Source: the human T2T-CHM13v2.0 reference genome, Homo sapiens
Length of the DNA stretch: 64,000 nt
Strand: one strand, 5' to 3'
Assembly: GCF_009914755.1 (NCBI RefSeq)
Contig: NC_060942.1
Both the position numbers and the translations under genes were made by a program. The notes beneath the pieces were generated by a model, which worked only from the letters and a program-made list of their open reading frames with translations, made no database searches and was not told the origin of the DNA. Shown piece after piece: positions 26,970 through 40,640 of this stretch. Position 1 is the first letter of the stretch; every line of letters starts with the position of its first letter.

Positions 26970-27067
26970 GATTACCTGGTGCTGCTCCCCAGGGACTACT
27001 ATGAAGCCTCTGTACTGCAGCTGCCAGTCACAGAACCATGTGCCTACGCAGGACCTCCCCAAGAAAA
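26970..27067 (+). CDS. LAMA3: LAMA3 coding exon (98 nt) DYLVLLPRDYYEAS...PPQEN
   Basis: ttttctag| acceptor, AAA|gtcagt donor; phase 0-2. Confidence 0.92.
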
Positions 27068-27581
27068 GTCAGTGTGGGGCAGAAGGTGCAGCCGCATCAT
27101 TGGGGTCCTCTAAATTAGGAGCCTTTAATGCAAGCTTTCATGAGGTGTCTCAGGATCACAACGACAGCATGATGCTCTGGATAATTAGTTGTTATCTTCC
27201 TCTATGTCTTACTTGTGTTCTTCAAGTAAGATTCACAAAGCACTTTGCACACCATAGCTGGCTTAGGAGTGGCTACCACCCTCCAGCATGTGGGAATGTT
27301 GATGCATGCCCAAGTCAATGCCCTCAAGGTCAGTCATACATCTGGTGGGAGGAAGAGCTTAAAATAGAAGCCAGGTTTGTGGACCTTTGTTTCTTCTCTT
27401 CCCCATGCAGATGAAAATTTATTGCTTAATTCTTGTAGCAGACACTTAATAAGAGTTTATTGAAGGATGATGAATGAATGAGTGAACTGAATGACTGAGA
27501 GTCTTTGGGGATGTACTTTGATATTCCGTTTGATGTTCTCAGTTGTAACTATTGATTCCATTGTTGTTGCTGTTGTTGAAG

Positions 27582-27735
27582 TTGCTTACTCTACCAGCAT
27601 TTGCCAGTGACCAGATTCCCCTGTACCCTGGCTTGTGAGGCCAGACACTTCCTGCTTGATGGGGAGCCAAGACCCGTGGCAGTGAGGCAGCCCACACCTG
27701 CACACCCTGTCATGGTGGACCTCAGCGGGAGAGAG
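27582..27735 (+). CDS. LAMA3: LAMA3 coding exon (154 nt) CLLYQHLPVTRFPC...DLSGRE
   Basis: tgttgaag| acceptor, GAG|gtgggc donor; phase 2-0. Confidence 0.92.
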
Positions 27736-28741
27736 GTGGGCCAGCCTTTTATTTATTATCAAAGTTATTACTACCTCCCCATCTGTATCTGCTAAAAATA
27801 CTTGGCCACAGTTGCTTCTCAAATTCAGGGGAACCTGGAAGAATTTCTCAGAGGTGTTTATCAACATTTGCTGAACTATCTGATTTAGGGTGGGGCTGGA
27901 TGGTACGCTACATGGAGCCATGTTCAGGTTGTTCTTTGAGCACTTTCTAGACATGGCAGGGGATGTGGGCATCTATAGAATCCTTTCTTTTTGGTTATCT
28001 GGACTTAGAAGGGGGCATCCTGTTCTACATGATTCAGGGCAAGATTTCTCTTAAAAGACAGATGAGACTCAATCTAGTAAGCGTCCAGAAATGACACAGC
28101 TTACCCTAAAAGGATACCACACTCACTGACTGTTCAACCCCTTAGGCTAAGCAATTTGTAGCAGCTGAATTCCTTGAGCTCAGAATCCGGAACTTCTACA
28201 TCCCCTGGCACCTACCTCATGGCTTGGAGGACAGGTTACTACAGGTCTTGGTATTACTTTTCTTCCAGGAGTTCTTCGAACTTCAGAACCAAATTTAAGA
28301 TCATACTGATTTCAGATTCGAGTTAGAGCTATAGGATATCAACCATAACAATAAGAATACACAACACTTCAAAATGAAGACACTGAAAGACTTCCTCCAC
28401 TATATTTTTATTCTTTGCTCTCTGTAACATTCTCTGTTTTGTCCTTTTGAGGAAAATATTCATTTGGGGGATTAAATTTGTGGGATGAAAATATATGTGG
28501 AGTTAATTGTAACTGAACTTTTAGATGTGTACATTTTTGTAAACTACATTTCTAACATTTTGAAGGTAGCAGTTAAAGGTTTTTAAGTATATTTCTTAAG
28601 TAAAGTCTTCATTTTATTTGAATTTTCATGCTACGAAATAATATTTACTTGTAACAAGTAAAACAATATAGATATGCATAAAAAACCTAAATGATCTTCC
28701 CTCTACTTCATTCTAATACTAAGTTTGCTGTATCCCTCCCT

Positions 28742-28875
28742 ACACATGCTATGTGTGTATACACACATACACACATACATGTATATAGGTGTACATACAT
28801 ACATATATACATAAAATGCACATACACGTACATATACAGGTATATGTATGTGTGTGTGTATTTGTGTGTGTGTGT
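28742..28875. repeat. Mixed (CA/TA/TG)n low-complexity tract
   Basis: alternating purine-pyrimidine sequence, CA-rich then TG-rich. Confidence 0.85.
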
Positions 28876-29210
28876 TCCCTAGACAACAAGAGGTACCGTT
28901 GAGAAGGGGCAACCACCAGGAAGTGATGCTGATGACTCATCTAGGAGGTTCTAACCTCTGATTTAACCCAGAGCTATAGCACAGAGCTAGTCAGCAGGAC
29001 CTCAAGGCTCTTTTACAATACGGAAATATTTTATTTCACTATCTCTGGTCTAGAAATTATCCAGCTTATTGATTCAGTTTAATTTATACTTTTAAAACTT
29101 TTCAATTGGCTCTTTATCATATTTATTTTTTCTTGTCTTTTCTGCCAGTTTTTGTTTCAAAACTTCATGTACTTTTAAGTGGAAGTTACTTCTTCATTTA
29201 GCTTTTTTAG

Positions 29211-29512
29211 TATCCTAAAGGCCTTGGAGCCAGGTGTATTTCAGAATTCAAAATTTTTAAGATTTGAAAAAAGATAACATCTCCAGTGAGGTCTGGGATA
29301 ATACCCTATAATCAAACAGGTTAATATTTCTCCAGTGAAAAGCATGAATAGGCACACCTAGGGAGACACTAACTGACTATATACATAGACTTATATCAGT
29401 TTAGTTCAGACTTTGCCAGCAAATGATTATTGGTTAGGTTAGGTTTGCCACCAAAACAGTTACAAAACCTATTTCCTTTTCAGAGTTTGGGGATTTCAGA
29501 TCATGGGCCAGT
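29211..29512. mobile_element. MER46C-like Tigger-family element
   Basis: ccttggagccaggtgtatttcagaattc ... ccctataatcaaaca...aatatttctccagtgaaa ... ttttcagag. Confidence 0.7.
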
Positions 29513-29888
29513 ATATTTAAAGTCTTTCTCAGACTATTCCATAAAATTCACCTCATCTGAAGTGAACTCATCTCTGATTATTTTGTTACCTGTCTTTCTT
29601 AATATTCAATTTATGTGTTTTGAATTTTGTTTACAGGCATATTGGCTTATTTTGAATGAGAGGTTTTTATCCTCTCCTTCTTTCGCATCTGTTTCAGCCT
29701 GCTAATTTTGCATTGTCTTAGCTGTCCACTGGATCCTTAGCCCAGGAGCAGGCATTACAGTGTGCCTTCTCTATTGTTATGACACTGAAGATAGGAGATT
29801 CAGACATTGACCCCATGAATGGCATAGCTCAGTTCTTGGTCATGAGGCCACATATTTGATTTTTGGTTCCCAAATTCCATAGCTTCTT

Positions 29889-30150
29889 TTAAAAATTTAT
29901 TTAGTTTTATATATTTAGGGGTACAAGTACAAGTTTCTTATATGCATATATAACATAGTGGTGAAGTCTGGGCTTCTAGTGTACCCATCACCCAAATAGT
30001 GAACATTGTACCTAATAGGTACTTTTTCAACACCCCCTCCCATCCCTCCACTTTTCATAGTCTCCAGTGTCTGTTATTACACTCTGTATGTCCATATGTA
30101 CCCATTGCTTAGCTACCATTTATAAGTGAGAACATGCAGTATTTGACCTT
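29889..30150 (-). mobile_element. L1PB/L1MA 3' end fragment
   Basis: antisense L1 3'UTR; TSD ca(t/c)agcttctt at 29878-29888 and 30153-30163. Confidence 0.8.
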
Positions 30151-30569
30151 CACACAGCTTCTTATAAATCCATAACCCAGGAGGCAGATTGGAAGCAATT
30201 TTTAGCTTCTTTTTAAATTTGAACATCCTTGTCTTCAAAAAATGTGCCTCGATCTGGCCGCTGTCTCCTATGGCACATGTTTTATTCTCTTAACTCTGCA
30301 TGAGCTAAACTGCTGACCAAAATAATCTGCTTCCAGACCTAGAGGACAACAGGCTTGTGACTTCAGTCCTGGTGCCATTTTGGGTTTTTCTTTAACTTAT
30401 GTTTTATCACCTATTACTTTTGATTCTAAATATATCTTTTTGTTGTTCTTTTAAAACGTTTTATCCAGAGTTGGTCTCTCTTGGAGCAGGAGTATAGTGA
30501 ATGTGAATTCTCTGTGCCATCTGAACCAGAAGTCACCCATCTTTAAAAAATGCTAACCTGTTTTTATTA

Positions 30570-32027
30570 AAATCCTCCTCTCTCTCCCTCAGCTCAGCCA
30601 CTACACCATACTCCTCCCCTTCACAACAAAACTCCTCCAAAATATTGTCTACACTCTGTGTTTCTAATTCTTTATGCCCTACTCACACCTCAACCCACTT
30701 CAGTCTGGCTTTCACCTCCCACTCCATTAAATTTATTTTGCCAGGTTTCCGATGAGATCTTTGTCACTAAATCCAGTGGATATGTTTCAGTCCTCATCGG
30801 TTTAACTTCTCGGCAGCTTTCGATGCCTGATGGACACTCCCTGAATTCTCAAACTCTCTCTTGTTTTTCATAATTTAAGAGCTGTCTTAATAATTTAAAA
30901 ATTAACGACAACCTGATTCTCTTTCTGCCTCTCTCACCGCTTCCTCAAAATATCATTTGCAGGCTCATCCTCCTCTGTCTAGCCATTAAGTGTTAGAATT
31001 TGTCAATGCTCAGTCCTAGGCCTTATTACTCTATGTTCTGTCTCGAGGAGTCTGATCCATGGCAATTGTATCAGACCCACCTCCACACAGATACCTCCCA
31101 TATTGTTATGCCCAGTCATACCTCTGCTTTTATATGCAGACCAGCAAGTCTACCTTCCTTCCTGACATTACCTCTTTGATGTTTCAAAGCAACCTCAAAC
31201 TCCATTTCGGTATTCCCTACCTAAATTAATGCTGCTACCATCCATCTAATTGCATAAGCCAAAATTCTTAGGGTCATCCATGACTTCTCCAATTCTTTCC
31301 CGCACCCAAACTAATCTATCTGTGAGTGTACATCCCGAACTTTTCTTGGCATTCTCCTTCCATCTCCCTTGTCCAAAATACAATCATTTTTGTGAGAATC
31401 TCTGTAGAAGCCTCCTAACTAGCTGACCCACGTCTGCTCTGCCCATTGCACCTCTTGATCTTTTCTCCAGACTATAGCCAGCACTCACATTCTGATGGGA
31501 ATATTTGATCAACACTTACTGCTCTTAGGATAGAGACAAAGATTTTAACATGGCTTATAAAACTGCCCTTTCTACTTCCCAATTTTATTATACTCCCTCT
31601 TGCTCTCTGTTTCTCTGCTCCTCTGACCTACCTTCAGTCTCTTGGGCTTGCATTTTATGGGACCCTACAGCATTCTATGTTGTATGTAGCCTCCTACTGC
31701 AAGCCGTTCCCTCTACCCAAACACTCTTCTCTCCCCTATGGCCTGGTTGTCTTCTCCTTGTCCTCCACACTCAACTAAGTTGCTGTTCTTCAAGGAAGCC
31801 TTCCGCTCTCCCTCATCTCCTCGACTAGCTCAGGCCCCTGTCTTACACCTCTGCAGAACATTATTCACATGTAGTTTTATGCTGTGTTTGTCTAGTTATC
31901 TAATTACTTGATTCAAGTCTGTCTGAGGGTATGTCTGTCTTGCTTCCCATTGTATACCTATCACCTCGCTGGTGGACTGGCATAGCATAGGTATTCAGTA
32001 ATATTTGCTGACCAAATCATTTGAATC
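30570..32027 (+). mobile_element. L2 LINE 3' part (RT remnant to 3' tail)
   Basis: aacccacttcagtctggctttc (NPLQSGF), SAAFD-like segment, L2 tail catagcataggtattcagtaatatttgctga. Confidence 0.8.
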
Positions 32028-32859
32028 CTCATTTTGACATCAGACATATTAGTTATCCCTTTTAGTTTGTATAGGCAACAGATTTGATAAACCCACTTTC
32101 CATGTATTTATCCTAAAACACTAATAACTAGTGGAGGTCAGTTCTGTGCCATAGAACCAGAAATATTCCTCCAGTTTGACACTGATTCCATTAAAGTTCA
32201 CCTTTTTAAAGATAAATAACACACATAAATAATCATAACAGCAAGCAGTAAAGTTTCTGTGTGCCATCTTTTATGTCTTTTATCTGAGTTTCTCAAACCT
32301 GACTTTGCCCATCAAATGTACCTTAAACTCTTCAAACAAGTCTTCCAACAGGTAATCCATATAATTTAGAGTGGAAAGAGTAGTAGAAATTTATAATAGA
32401 GTGCTAGATAGAACTTGCTGCCAGTAATAACTTCTGGGCGAAAACCTGGTACATCACTGACCTGTGAGTGTTTTGTGGTGGGGTAATGACAGTCAGGCCC
32501 TTGTTTGGAGATGCCCAGGGGAGAAATGCTGGCAGTAACCTCGCCACACGGAGCAGTGGCAGAGCCATATTTCCCTCTAGAACATGGAGTCAACATTGGT
32601 ATGGCTGATCCACATTCTTTCCCAGAGGGAAATCTTTCTGTCATTTAAGTGACAGAAAAAAAAATCACTGTGGAAAATAGCAGTTACGTGGTTCAGAGCC
32701 TTTCAGAAGGAATACCAAATGTGAATTTCCTAAGGCAGGGAGAGGGAGGACCATTTTAATTAAGTGTGGTAAATCTTGCCTGGGCCTGAGCTTGCAGGCG
32801 GAGGTGGGTTACACTGCTGAGGAATAAAGTTCTAATATTGGCCCAGGCATTAAGTATGT

Positions 32860-33130
32860 GTACACACTTTGACCCAGCAATTCCACTTCTAGGAATCTTA
32901 CAGAAATACTAGCATTAGGATATATGCATGATGATTGTATACCATTATAGGTTGTAGGGAAAATTAAAGACAACCTGTGTCCCTCAATAACGGATTTGTT
33001 AAATAGTTTTATATTCATACCACACAATGGTAGGCAGCTGTTCAAAAAATGAAGTATATTTGCATGTAAGTGTATTTGCATGTATATATTTTTGCAATAA
33101 AGACATGTAAAATACCATTGAGTAAAAAAA
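32860..33130 (+). mobile_element. Old L1M fragment
   Basis: tttgacccagcaattccacttctaggaat (DPAIPLLG motif). Confidence 0.7.
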
Positions 33131-33159
33131 GCAAGTCATAGTAAAAAGCAATAATCAAA

Positions 33160-33375
33160 TTATAATAATTAATATTTACATAGTGTTTTTTATATGTCAG
33201 ATATACTTCTGAGAGCTCTGTATGTATTCACTTAATCCTCAGAACAATCTTAAGAGGGGGGTACTATTGTTATCTGTATTTTACTAAGGAGGACACCGAG
33301 GCATACAGATGTTAAGTAACTTGTGCAAGATCACACAGCTGGAGGCTGTCTGATTCCAGACCCCAAGCTCCTAAC
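33160..33375 (-). mobile_element. MIR SINE
   Basis: ttaatcctcagaacaatc...gaggacaccgaggcatacagatgttaagtaacttg. Confidence 0.7.
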
Positions 33376-33388
33376 CAGTAGGTGATAT

Positions 33389-33480
33389 CAGGGGAGGACA
33401 CACTTTTTCTGTAAAGGGACAGATAGTAAATATTTTTGGTTTTGCAGGCCCTGTGGTCTCTGTCATCATAGCACAAAGAC
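33389..33480. mobile_element. MER58-type hAT fragment
   Basis: actttttctgtaaagggacagatagtaaatattt...tttgcaggcc. Confidence 0.7.
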
Positions 33481-33815
33481 ATCCCGAATTGTCTACTATG
33501 ATCACAGTTTTTCTTAATGAAACAAAACGTGTGTGCATATTTGGGCATAGAAAATGGTTTGGTATGAAAATCATTAACAGTCCTTATTAACACTCCTTAT
33601 CCCAGGAGCGAGATGTGTGTGTGTTTTACATTATTTCCCTTGATACAATTTAAAACTTATTAAAAAAAAAACAATTAAAGAGCCCAAAGGCACATTTCCA
33701 TTCCCCTTATTCCTCATCAGTACTTAATTTTTACTTCAAGTTTTAGAATGTCTTTTACCTTGAGAAACAAGCAGCAAAAACACTCCTGGGTAGAAATAGT
33801 AGAAGTTTCTCTAAG

Positions 33816-33953
33816 TAGGGCTGCCAGATTTAGAAAACGAAAATACGGGATGCCCCATTAAATTGTCCAAATAAACAATAAATAATTGTTTGTTATTTAT
33901 TTCCATTTAAAATTTAACAGGGCACCATGTGTTTTATCTGGCATCTCAACCTG
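33816..33953. mobile_element. MER53-like palindromic MITE, internally deleted
   Basis: tagggctgccagattt ... ttttatctggca inverted termini with internal symmetry. Confidence 0.7.
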
Positions 33954-34095
33954 TAGGACCATATTCCTTACTGGGATGACATATAAAAATACTTCCAGGG
34001 TGTCTTCTGGGCTCTATTTTCACCATTGCTGATGCAAGTGTGGCCTGTACATGTCACAGCTGGATCACAGTCTGTCTGCTTGGCCTCTGTGACAG

Positions 34096-34256
34096 GTGGA
34101 ATTGCATCTGCGGCTGCGCATCCCACAGGTTGGCCACTACGTGGTTGTGGTCGAGTATTCCACGGAGGCAGCTCAGCTGTTTGTGGTTGATGTGAATGTG
34201 AAGAGCTCCGGGTCTGTTCTGGCAGGCCAGGTGAACATTTACAGCTGCAACTACAG
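34096..34256 (+). CDS. LAMA3: LAMA3 coding exon (161 nt) VELHLRLRIPQVGHY...YSCNYS
   Basis: tgtgacag| acceptor, CAG|gtactc donor; phase 0-2. Confidence 0.93.
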
Positions 34257-36372
34257 GTACTCAGCCCCACCAAGGGAATTCCTCTGTAAAGGAACAATTA
34301 GGAAATCTGCCTTAGGAACTTTGGCTGTTACTTGCATTGGGAGGTTATTTTCTTTTTGAGGCAGCTCTTGAAAACAAGCAGGTGACTAGTTGTGTGGCCC
34401 AACGTCATCACCAGTGTGGGTATTGGGAGTCCTCTCTATGGGCAGTGTAAAAATGTGGCATTTTCTTAAAAAGCTGTATGCTGTACTTAGCAATTTGGTT
34501 CAGATTCACATGGCACAGCACAACCTTTTTATTTGATTCTCTATCACTCAGGTGCGATGCAATGAACTCACTGCTCTCACCTCAAAGGCTGTGTCAAGTA
34601 CCTGGGTGCATAGCACAAGGAAAAAGACTCATTCTCAGTAATGTTAGGGGGTGCACACCTACCTTTGCAACACACCTTCAGAACTGGGGATAATTAATGT
34701 TTGATGATTGTCAAGTGGAAAAAAAAATTAACAAAGGACTTCAAAATTTGCCCTGATGAAGTTCTTCTCTTCCAAGAGCACTAACTGACAAGGGCTTATT
34801 AAAAATGGTTTTGTTTGCATAATATTTCAAGATGTGTGCAAATGTTCAGAGCATGCTGTAATTAAAGAATCAGCACAAGGGGTGTTTCCACATGAAATTA
34901 ATTGTATACTAAATGGGACTGGAAGTCAGAGTTCCTTGAAACAGCAGATGGAGCACTGCAGTAAACCCATCCAGTTCTTGGCCATGGCCTTGAACATTGT
35001 ATTACTACTACTTTCATGTTGCTTTTTGTCAAACCCAAGATGACCTGAAGCAATGGACATCTTCCCTGTTGTGAAAATGAAAACAAATAAACAAATAAAC
35101 AAAAACTTATCCAAAGAGTTACTTTTAGTAGCTTAGAATGGAAACTTTTATGAGAATCGATGAAATGGCTATTGAATCAACATCATGCCCTCAGTAACGC
35201 TAAACAAGCAGCTGCGAAGTCTTTGTCTTTGAATGATGATAGAACCAAAGAAGGTAATTGTATTTGGAGTTTTAACAGAAGCACAAAATGAGCCTAAAAG
35301 AGTTCTCCAGGGATGTTCTGTCATTATCTGAAGATATGAGCGGTATCTGTCTATAGATGAAATCAGCAACCACTGGAATGTCCACTCCCAGATGGGTGGG
35401 TTGCCACCTCACCTGAGGCCTGGAGACTGTTAGCCGCAGGGCCTGGACCAGGGCTTCTCCATACCCATTTGTCCACGCCCACCCACCAGTTCGGCTCTCC
35501 AGCTCCTTCCACCTCCAGATCCCATGGCTTGACTACTGTTGCTCAGGATACAAAGTGGAGATGGCTAAGGGGGCAGGAGGAACTATTCATAACAACCCTG
35601 GTGACTCTGAATCATCTCAGAAGAGCTCTGAGAATATCTATGCCAAGGAGAGGAGTGGTTTCAAAACCAAAGAAAGAAAGGACACCCTTTCTGGGCACCA
35701 TGGGTGTTGTTTCATGACCTAAGTCTGAATGGAGTTATTGAGAGTGAACTGCATGTCAGTCTGCAGATCATTTTGGCTCTGAACATGACAACACCAAAGT
35801 CCTGCTTTAGGAGTTTCTATCCTTAGAAACACAGGACAGCATGGTTTCAGTCTAGGAAACACTTTCATTGTGTTTAATCCCTCCAAGGAGTGTCCCGTTC
35901 TATTTTTTCACGTGGCTAAAATACTTCCTCTTTCTCTTCCTTGCCTGTCATGTGGATGAGTGAAAATCAACAGGCTACAAGTATGGGAGTCCAAAAAATA
36001 TGGCGCAACTGGAAAATATTTGACCCATGAAAACCTATGTTAAATGACAGGCCCTTTCAGTGTTGCAGCATCTTCTGCTGAGGTTTCAACTTTTCCCAGC
36101 ATTTCTCAAGTGAGTTCTAACGATGTTAAAAAAAAAATCCCAGCAGAATAGCAGTGGTGCTAATAGAAAACCACTTTTCAAAGTAGTGCTGTGATAAATC
36201 TAATCTGCTCTCCATAAGAGAGATGATCATTAGTGATTAGATCAATCTGGTTATTACTGTTAGGCTATTTCTTAGGAGGAATTTAATATAGGATAAGGAT
36301 AAAACTAAGTAAATTACTTAGTATATTTAACCCTAGGATTATGCCTAAATCCAAAAGAATGTGTTTTAATGG

Positions 36373-36374
<2 letters not shown>

Positions 36375-36410
<36 letters not shown>
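36375..36410 (+). repeat. (AC)18 microsatellite
   Basis: direct count. Confidence 0.95.
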
Positions 36411-36415
<5 letters not shown>

Positions 36416-37248
36416 TAGGGGAGTGAGAAAGAAAACAACAGTTTATTAAGTTTCTAATATACAATACACACTGGGCTTGGCTTTTTATATAACTTATCTC
36501 ATTTTAATCCTCACCAAAAAGTCATTGCCTAAATTATTTCAAATATTTCTCAGAAATAGTCCTTTTGTTTTAATATAACAGTAGTTTCAAATTATATTTA
36601 CAGACAGAAAATTTGCAACAGAGTATGAAGTCAGAAACATTACTCAAAAAGTACCTCCTCTAAGGGTTTTAACGTTAGAGTTATTTGGTTCAAAACTGTG
36701 AGCTTTTAAATGCCCCTGAACTCTGTATCTCACTTGATGTGATGGAGGGAAGAGATACCACAGGTAGAAATGAAGAAGGAAGAAGGAGGAGAACCAGACT
36801 GAGTTTCAGAGGCAAACTCAGGGTCTTTCCATGCTGGAGGAAGGCCAGCATGCTCACTGTCTTGGCGTGGGATGGTGGCTGTGAGGCTAGCGGGTGACTT
36901 TAATTGTGAATAGCCCCGAGAATGTTGGCTGTGTCTTAGAGATCTGCAGTTACTGACCCTGGGGCCCTTTCTCTCGAGGACTAAACCTAGTACTTCATCA
37001 AGCCAGGCAGAAAAACTGAATGGGGCCTTTAGCCCTGAGAGGTACAACACTGGCCACGGCAGGAAGGTTATTTTCCCCATAGAGACTGCGAGCTGCATCC
37101 TTCTTCAACTCATCATGCAGGAAAATTCACTATAATTCATTCAGTTATAAACAGGTGAAACCAAAGAGCCATCAGCCAACCCAGAAGGATGTGCAGAATG
37201 AGGGAGATGCCGGGAGTCAGGCTAAGAAAACTCTGTTTTCTCTTGCAG

Positions 37249-37357
37249 TGTTCTCTGCCGGAGTGCTGTGATTGATCACATGAGCCGCATCGCCATGTAT
37301 GAGCTATTGGCAGATGCAGACATTCAGCTCAAGGGACACATGGCCCGATTCCTTCTG
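37249..37357 (+). CDS. LAMA3: LAMA3 coding exon (109 nt) VLCRSAVIDH...HMARFLL
   Basis: tcttgcag| acceptor, CTG|gtatgc donor; phase 2-0. Confidence 0.93.
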
Positions 37358-37838
37358 GTATGCTTCTGTTTTGCCCATTGAATTTTAGAAGCATTTTGCT
37401 GATATCTATATTTTTTGAAGCTTATTAAAATTTTGGCTGGGGTTGTATTACTCCTATAATCTGTGAAGAATTGCCAGTTTAATGTTTATTCTTCCCATCT
37501 AGAACCTGACTTGCCTCTTCATTTGTTTGAGCATTTTTTGATATGGCCTAATAAAATTTAGTCATATTTAAGCACCTCTCACAAAATCCCGTTTCATTAG
37601 TTTTTATTCATTTCTACTATTATAAAGAAAATGTCTTCTGTTATTATATTTCCTAGTTTACCATTATTGCCAGAGTTTAGAAATCCCATTGCTTATTGTT
37701 TATTTTCTTTTCCATCTTACTATTTTATTATCTCTATTAGCTTCTTGGTAAATTTTATCAAAATTTTAAAGCTTATAATTACCTAGTTTAAAAAAAACTA
37801 AAAAACTATTTCAAAAAGAATATCATTCAGTTAATCAG

Positions 37839-37862
37839 ATATATATATATATATATATATAT
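37839..37862 (+). repeat. (AT)12 microsatellite
   Basis: direct count. Confidence 0.95.
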
Positions 37863-39048
37863 GTTATTAAGAGTTAAAATATCAAGTGTGGCAGACTAAA
37901 TAATCTTCATGCCCACCCTTGTAATGTCATGACTTGAACATTGAGTATTCTGATAAACAGAGCCAGTGGGATCTCACTAGAAAGGAGGTGGCCAGATTTA
38001 CAATGAATATCACAGGGAATTTAAGATTCTCTAAGTGTGAAGCAACTTCCTGTTACTGCTGATACTACGCATGCATCACACCCTGGGAAATGCCAGGCCA
38101 GCCTGTACTAATGTGTTTTAAATATTTGTGCCTGATAGTATTAAAAACTTGGAGCCTGCTCTTAAGAAGTAGCTGGAATTCAGTTTTTAAAAAATTATAA
38201 TTATAAAATTATGACTCCTTCTTAAAACATAACAATCTGAGGGAATCTAACCTCTTCATCTTTAGAAATTATAATGGAGCTGAATCTTCATCATTTAAGG
38301 GTAAGTTTTCCCTTTTTGAAGTAGTCAAATGCCATTCAGAGTCAAGGCTGGCTAGAACATAAGCTCTATGAAGGCAGGGGTGTTGTCCATCTTGGACTTG
38401 TAAGACCCCCTAGTCTCAGTGGTATTCACCAAAAATGTTTGTTGTTGTTACTGAATAGCTTTGCAATCAAGCTGGTAATACAGTTTTGATTTAAAATGAA
38501 GTATATTGATAAATTAATGACTAAGTTTTTTTGTGTGACTCAAAAACTAGCTCTGGAGACAGTTCCTTCAACAAAGGCCAAATTAGCCTGAGATGGGAGT
38601 CATTCTTTATTAAGAAGGGTTATTTCTAGCAGTGGCAGCCCTCACTTTGAAAAGCAGGCTCTCTGGCCCACACCACATCCCCTATCTTCCTCCCAACGGG
38701 CCTGAAAAGCCAGGATTGGCGCAAGACAAGACAGAAAAAAACAGGCACTGGAAGTCACTGAAAAGAGTAGTTTCTGAGCTTCCTTATGGCTTTGTTCTCA
38801 GTTCTATTTATGTGAGTATTTCAGCAGTAATTCAGTCAGTAATTCTATAAAACAATAAAAAGGATTTGTTGCACATAATGATGCCTGAGGACATGCCATC
38901 CTGCAATATTTACTACTTTAAAATAACGATTAGAATTATTATGGATAAATCCTTTACTTAATAGCTTTTTTAAAAGGGTGTTTTTGGCCATACCGTTTGT
39001 TTTGCTGGTAACTGCAATGTGCCTTTGTGCATTGTATTTGCTCACTAG

Positions 39049-39146
39049 CATCAAGTTTGTATCATACCTATTGAAGAATTCTCAGCTGAGTATGTGAGAC
39101 CACAAGTCCACTGCATTGCCAGTTATGGGCGATTTGTCAATCAAAG
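39049..39146 (+). CDS. LAMA3: LAMA3 coding exon (98 nt) HQVCIIPIEEF...RFVNQS
   Basis: ctcactag| acceptor, AAG|gtaatg donor; phase 0-2. Confidence 0.92.
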
Positions 39147-40052
39147 GTAATGTGTTTCCTTCCTGTCTCCCCGTTCATGTTCTGAGTGATACTGGGATGA
39201 GTGTAAGGCTGAAACTTTATACTCAACGTCAGAAATGATCATAAGCCAAGGTGCTAAAGTCTGGTGGTGGATTTAAAACAGAAAGAAAAACCAGCTAAAT
39301 AATTTACCCCAGCAGTTTTTCCAGAATTCCGTAATATCAGGAAGCTGACCCAGGAACAACCAGGGAAATGGTTAAGCCTACCCCTGGAGGGCAGGAACGC
39401 TGAGTTCTATTCTGAGCCCTCGAAAAGACTCGTTTTGTTCCAATCTTTTAATCTTTCTGTCTGAGACTCTTCATTTAGAAAACCATGAAAATAATGACCT
39501 ATCTCATAACTATGTGATGAGAATCAGCTAACTAATGCTTATTGGGGTTTTGGTAGGGTTGTTTTGCTGTAGATTCAAAAACAGCTTATGGGCATGGTCA
39601 TGAAATCTGGTGTGCATAGTTAGGACTGTAGGAACTACCAACACAATGTGATTCTGGTTGTGCGTAAAAGAGACGATGTATATTTTTTCTTTCTTATATA
39701 GTGTTCTGTCAATATTTATGTTTAGAGGTGAATAATGTTTTATTGTATTGATCTCATTTTAACAATTAATTTTAGTTTTGGAAAGGGAAGTTTCCATAAG
39801 TTTCTATCTAACTTACTTTACTTCAAAATTAAGATTCTCTCTGTTTCAACTAGTTCAATGGAACAGGTGGCTGGAATACACTTGGCATGAGTATCATTAT
39901 ATAAAGATCCCTAGAGTTCTGTGCTTCCCCCAGCACTGGATCCTTTTGATGCCCATGCAGTCCTATGCTCCAAGTCTGTCTCTTCACTGATGGTCAGTTC
40001 TGTAGCTTTGGGTTCTTTTAAAAATCAGATTTTTAAATATTCTATTTTTCAG

Positions 40053-40197
40053 TGCCACCTGTGTCTCCTTGGCCCATGAAACTCCTCCAACAGCATTAAT
40101 TTTGGATGTTCTAAGTGGCAGGCCTTTCCCTCACCTGCCCCAGCAGTCGTCACCTTCTGTTGATGTTCTTCCTGGGGTCACCTTGAAGGCACCGCAG
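40053..40197 (+). CDS. LAMA3: LAMA3 coding exon (145 nt) ATCVSLAHETPP...TLKAPQ
   Basis: tttttcag| acceptor, CAG|gtagtg donor; phase 2-0. Confidence 0.92.
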
Positions 40198-40217
40198 GTA
40201 GTGTGCTGTTTCTAAAC

Positions 40218-40403
40218 CAGTGGTTCTCAAAGTATGACCTCTGAAGCAGCAGCATCCACATCACTTGGAAACTTGTCAGCAATGCAGATTCACAGACCCA
40301 CTACAGACCTACTGAGTTGGAAGCTCTGGGGGTGGGCCCAGGAATCTGTGTTTTAACAAACCCTCCAGGTGATTCTGATGCCCCTGAAGTTTGAGAACCT
40401 CTA
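40218..40403. mobile_element. MER5A (hAT-Charlie) MITE, 20 nt downstream of a splice donor
   Basis: cagtggttctcaaagt ... ccaggtgattctgatg...agtttgagaacc. Confidence 0.85.
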
Positions 40404-40640
40404 CTGTCTTCTGTGAAGAGTCCCAGAAATGCAGGCATCTGGTTAATCCTGCCTAGGACCACCCCTGCCTGATGCCCTTTCCCTCCTGGGCTTTGTCCAC
40501 TAGATATTTGGCAATTATTCATGGCCCATATTGTGATAGCTTATATTTTTGTGGACTGCTGCTGTTTAATATAGTTGTTTATTAGTTTTCTTCCCAAGTT
40601 GGATCATAAGACTTTTAGAATAGTTATTGTAGCCAAGAAC

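Noticed and set aside
28742-28875. CA-rich/TG-rich tract as a miRNA-like hairpin
   Set aside because: Self-complementarity follows trivially from the low-complexity dinucleotide composition
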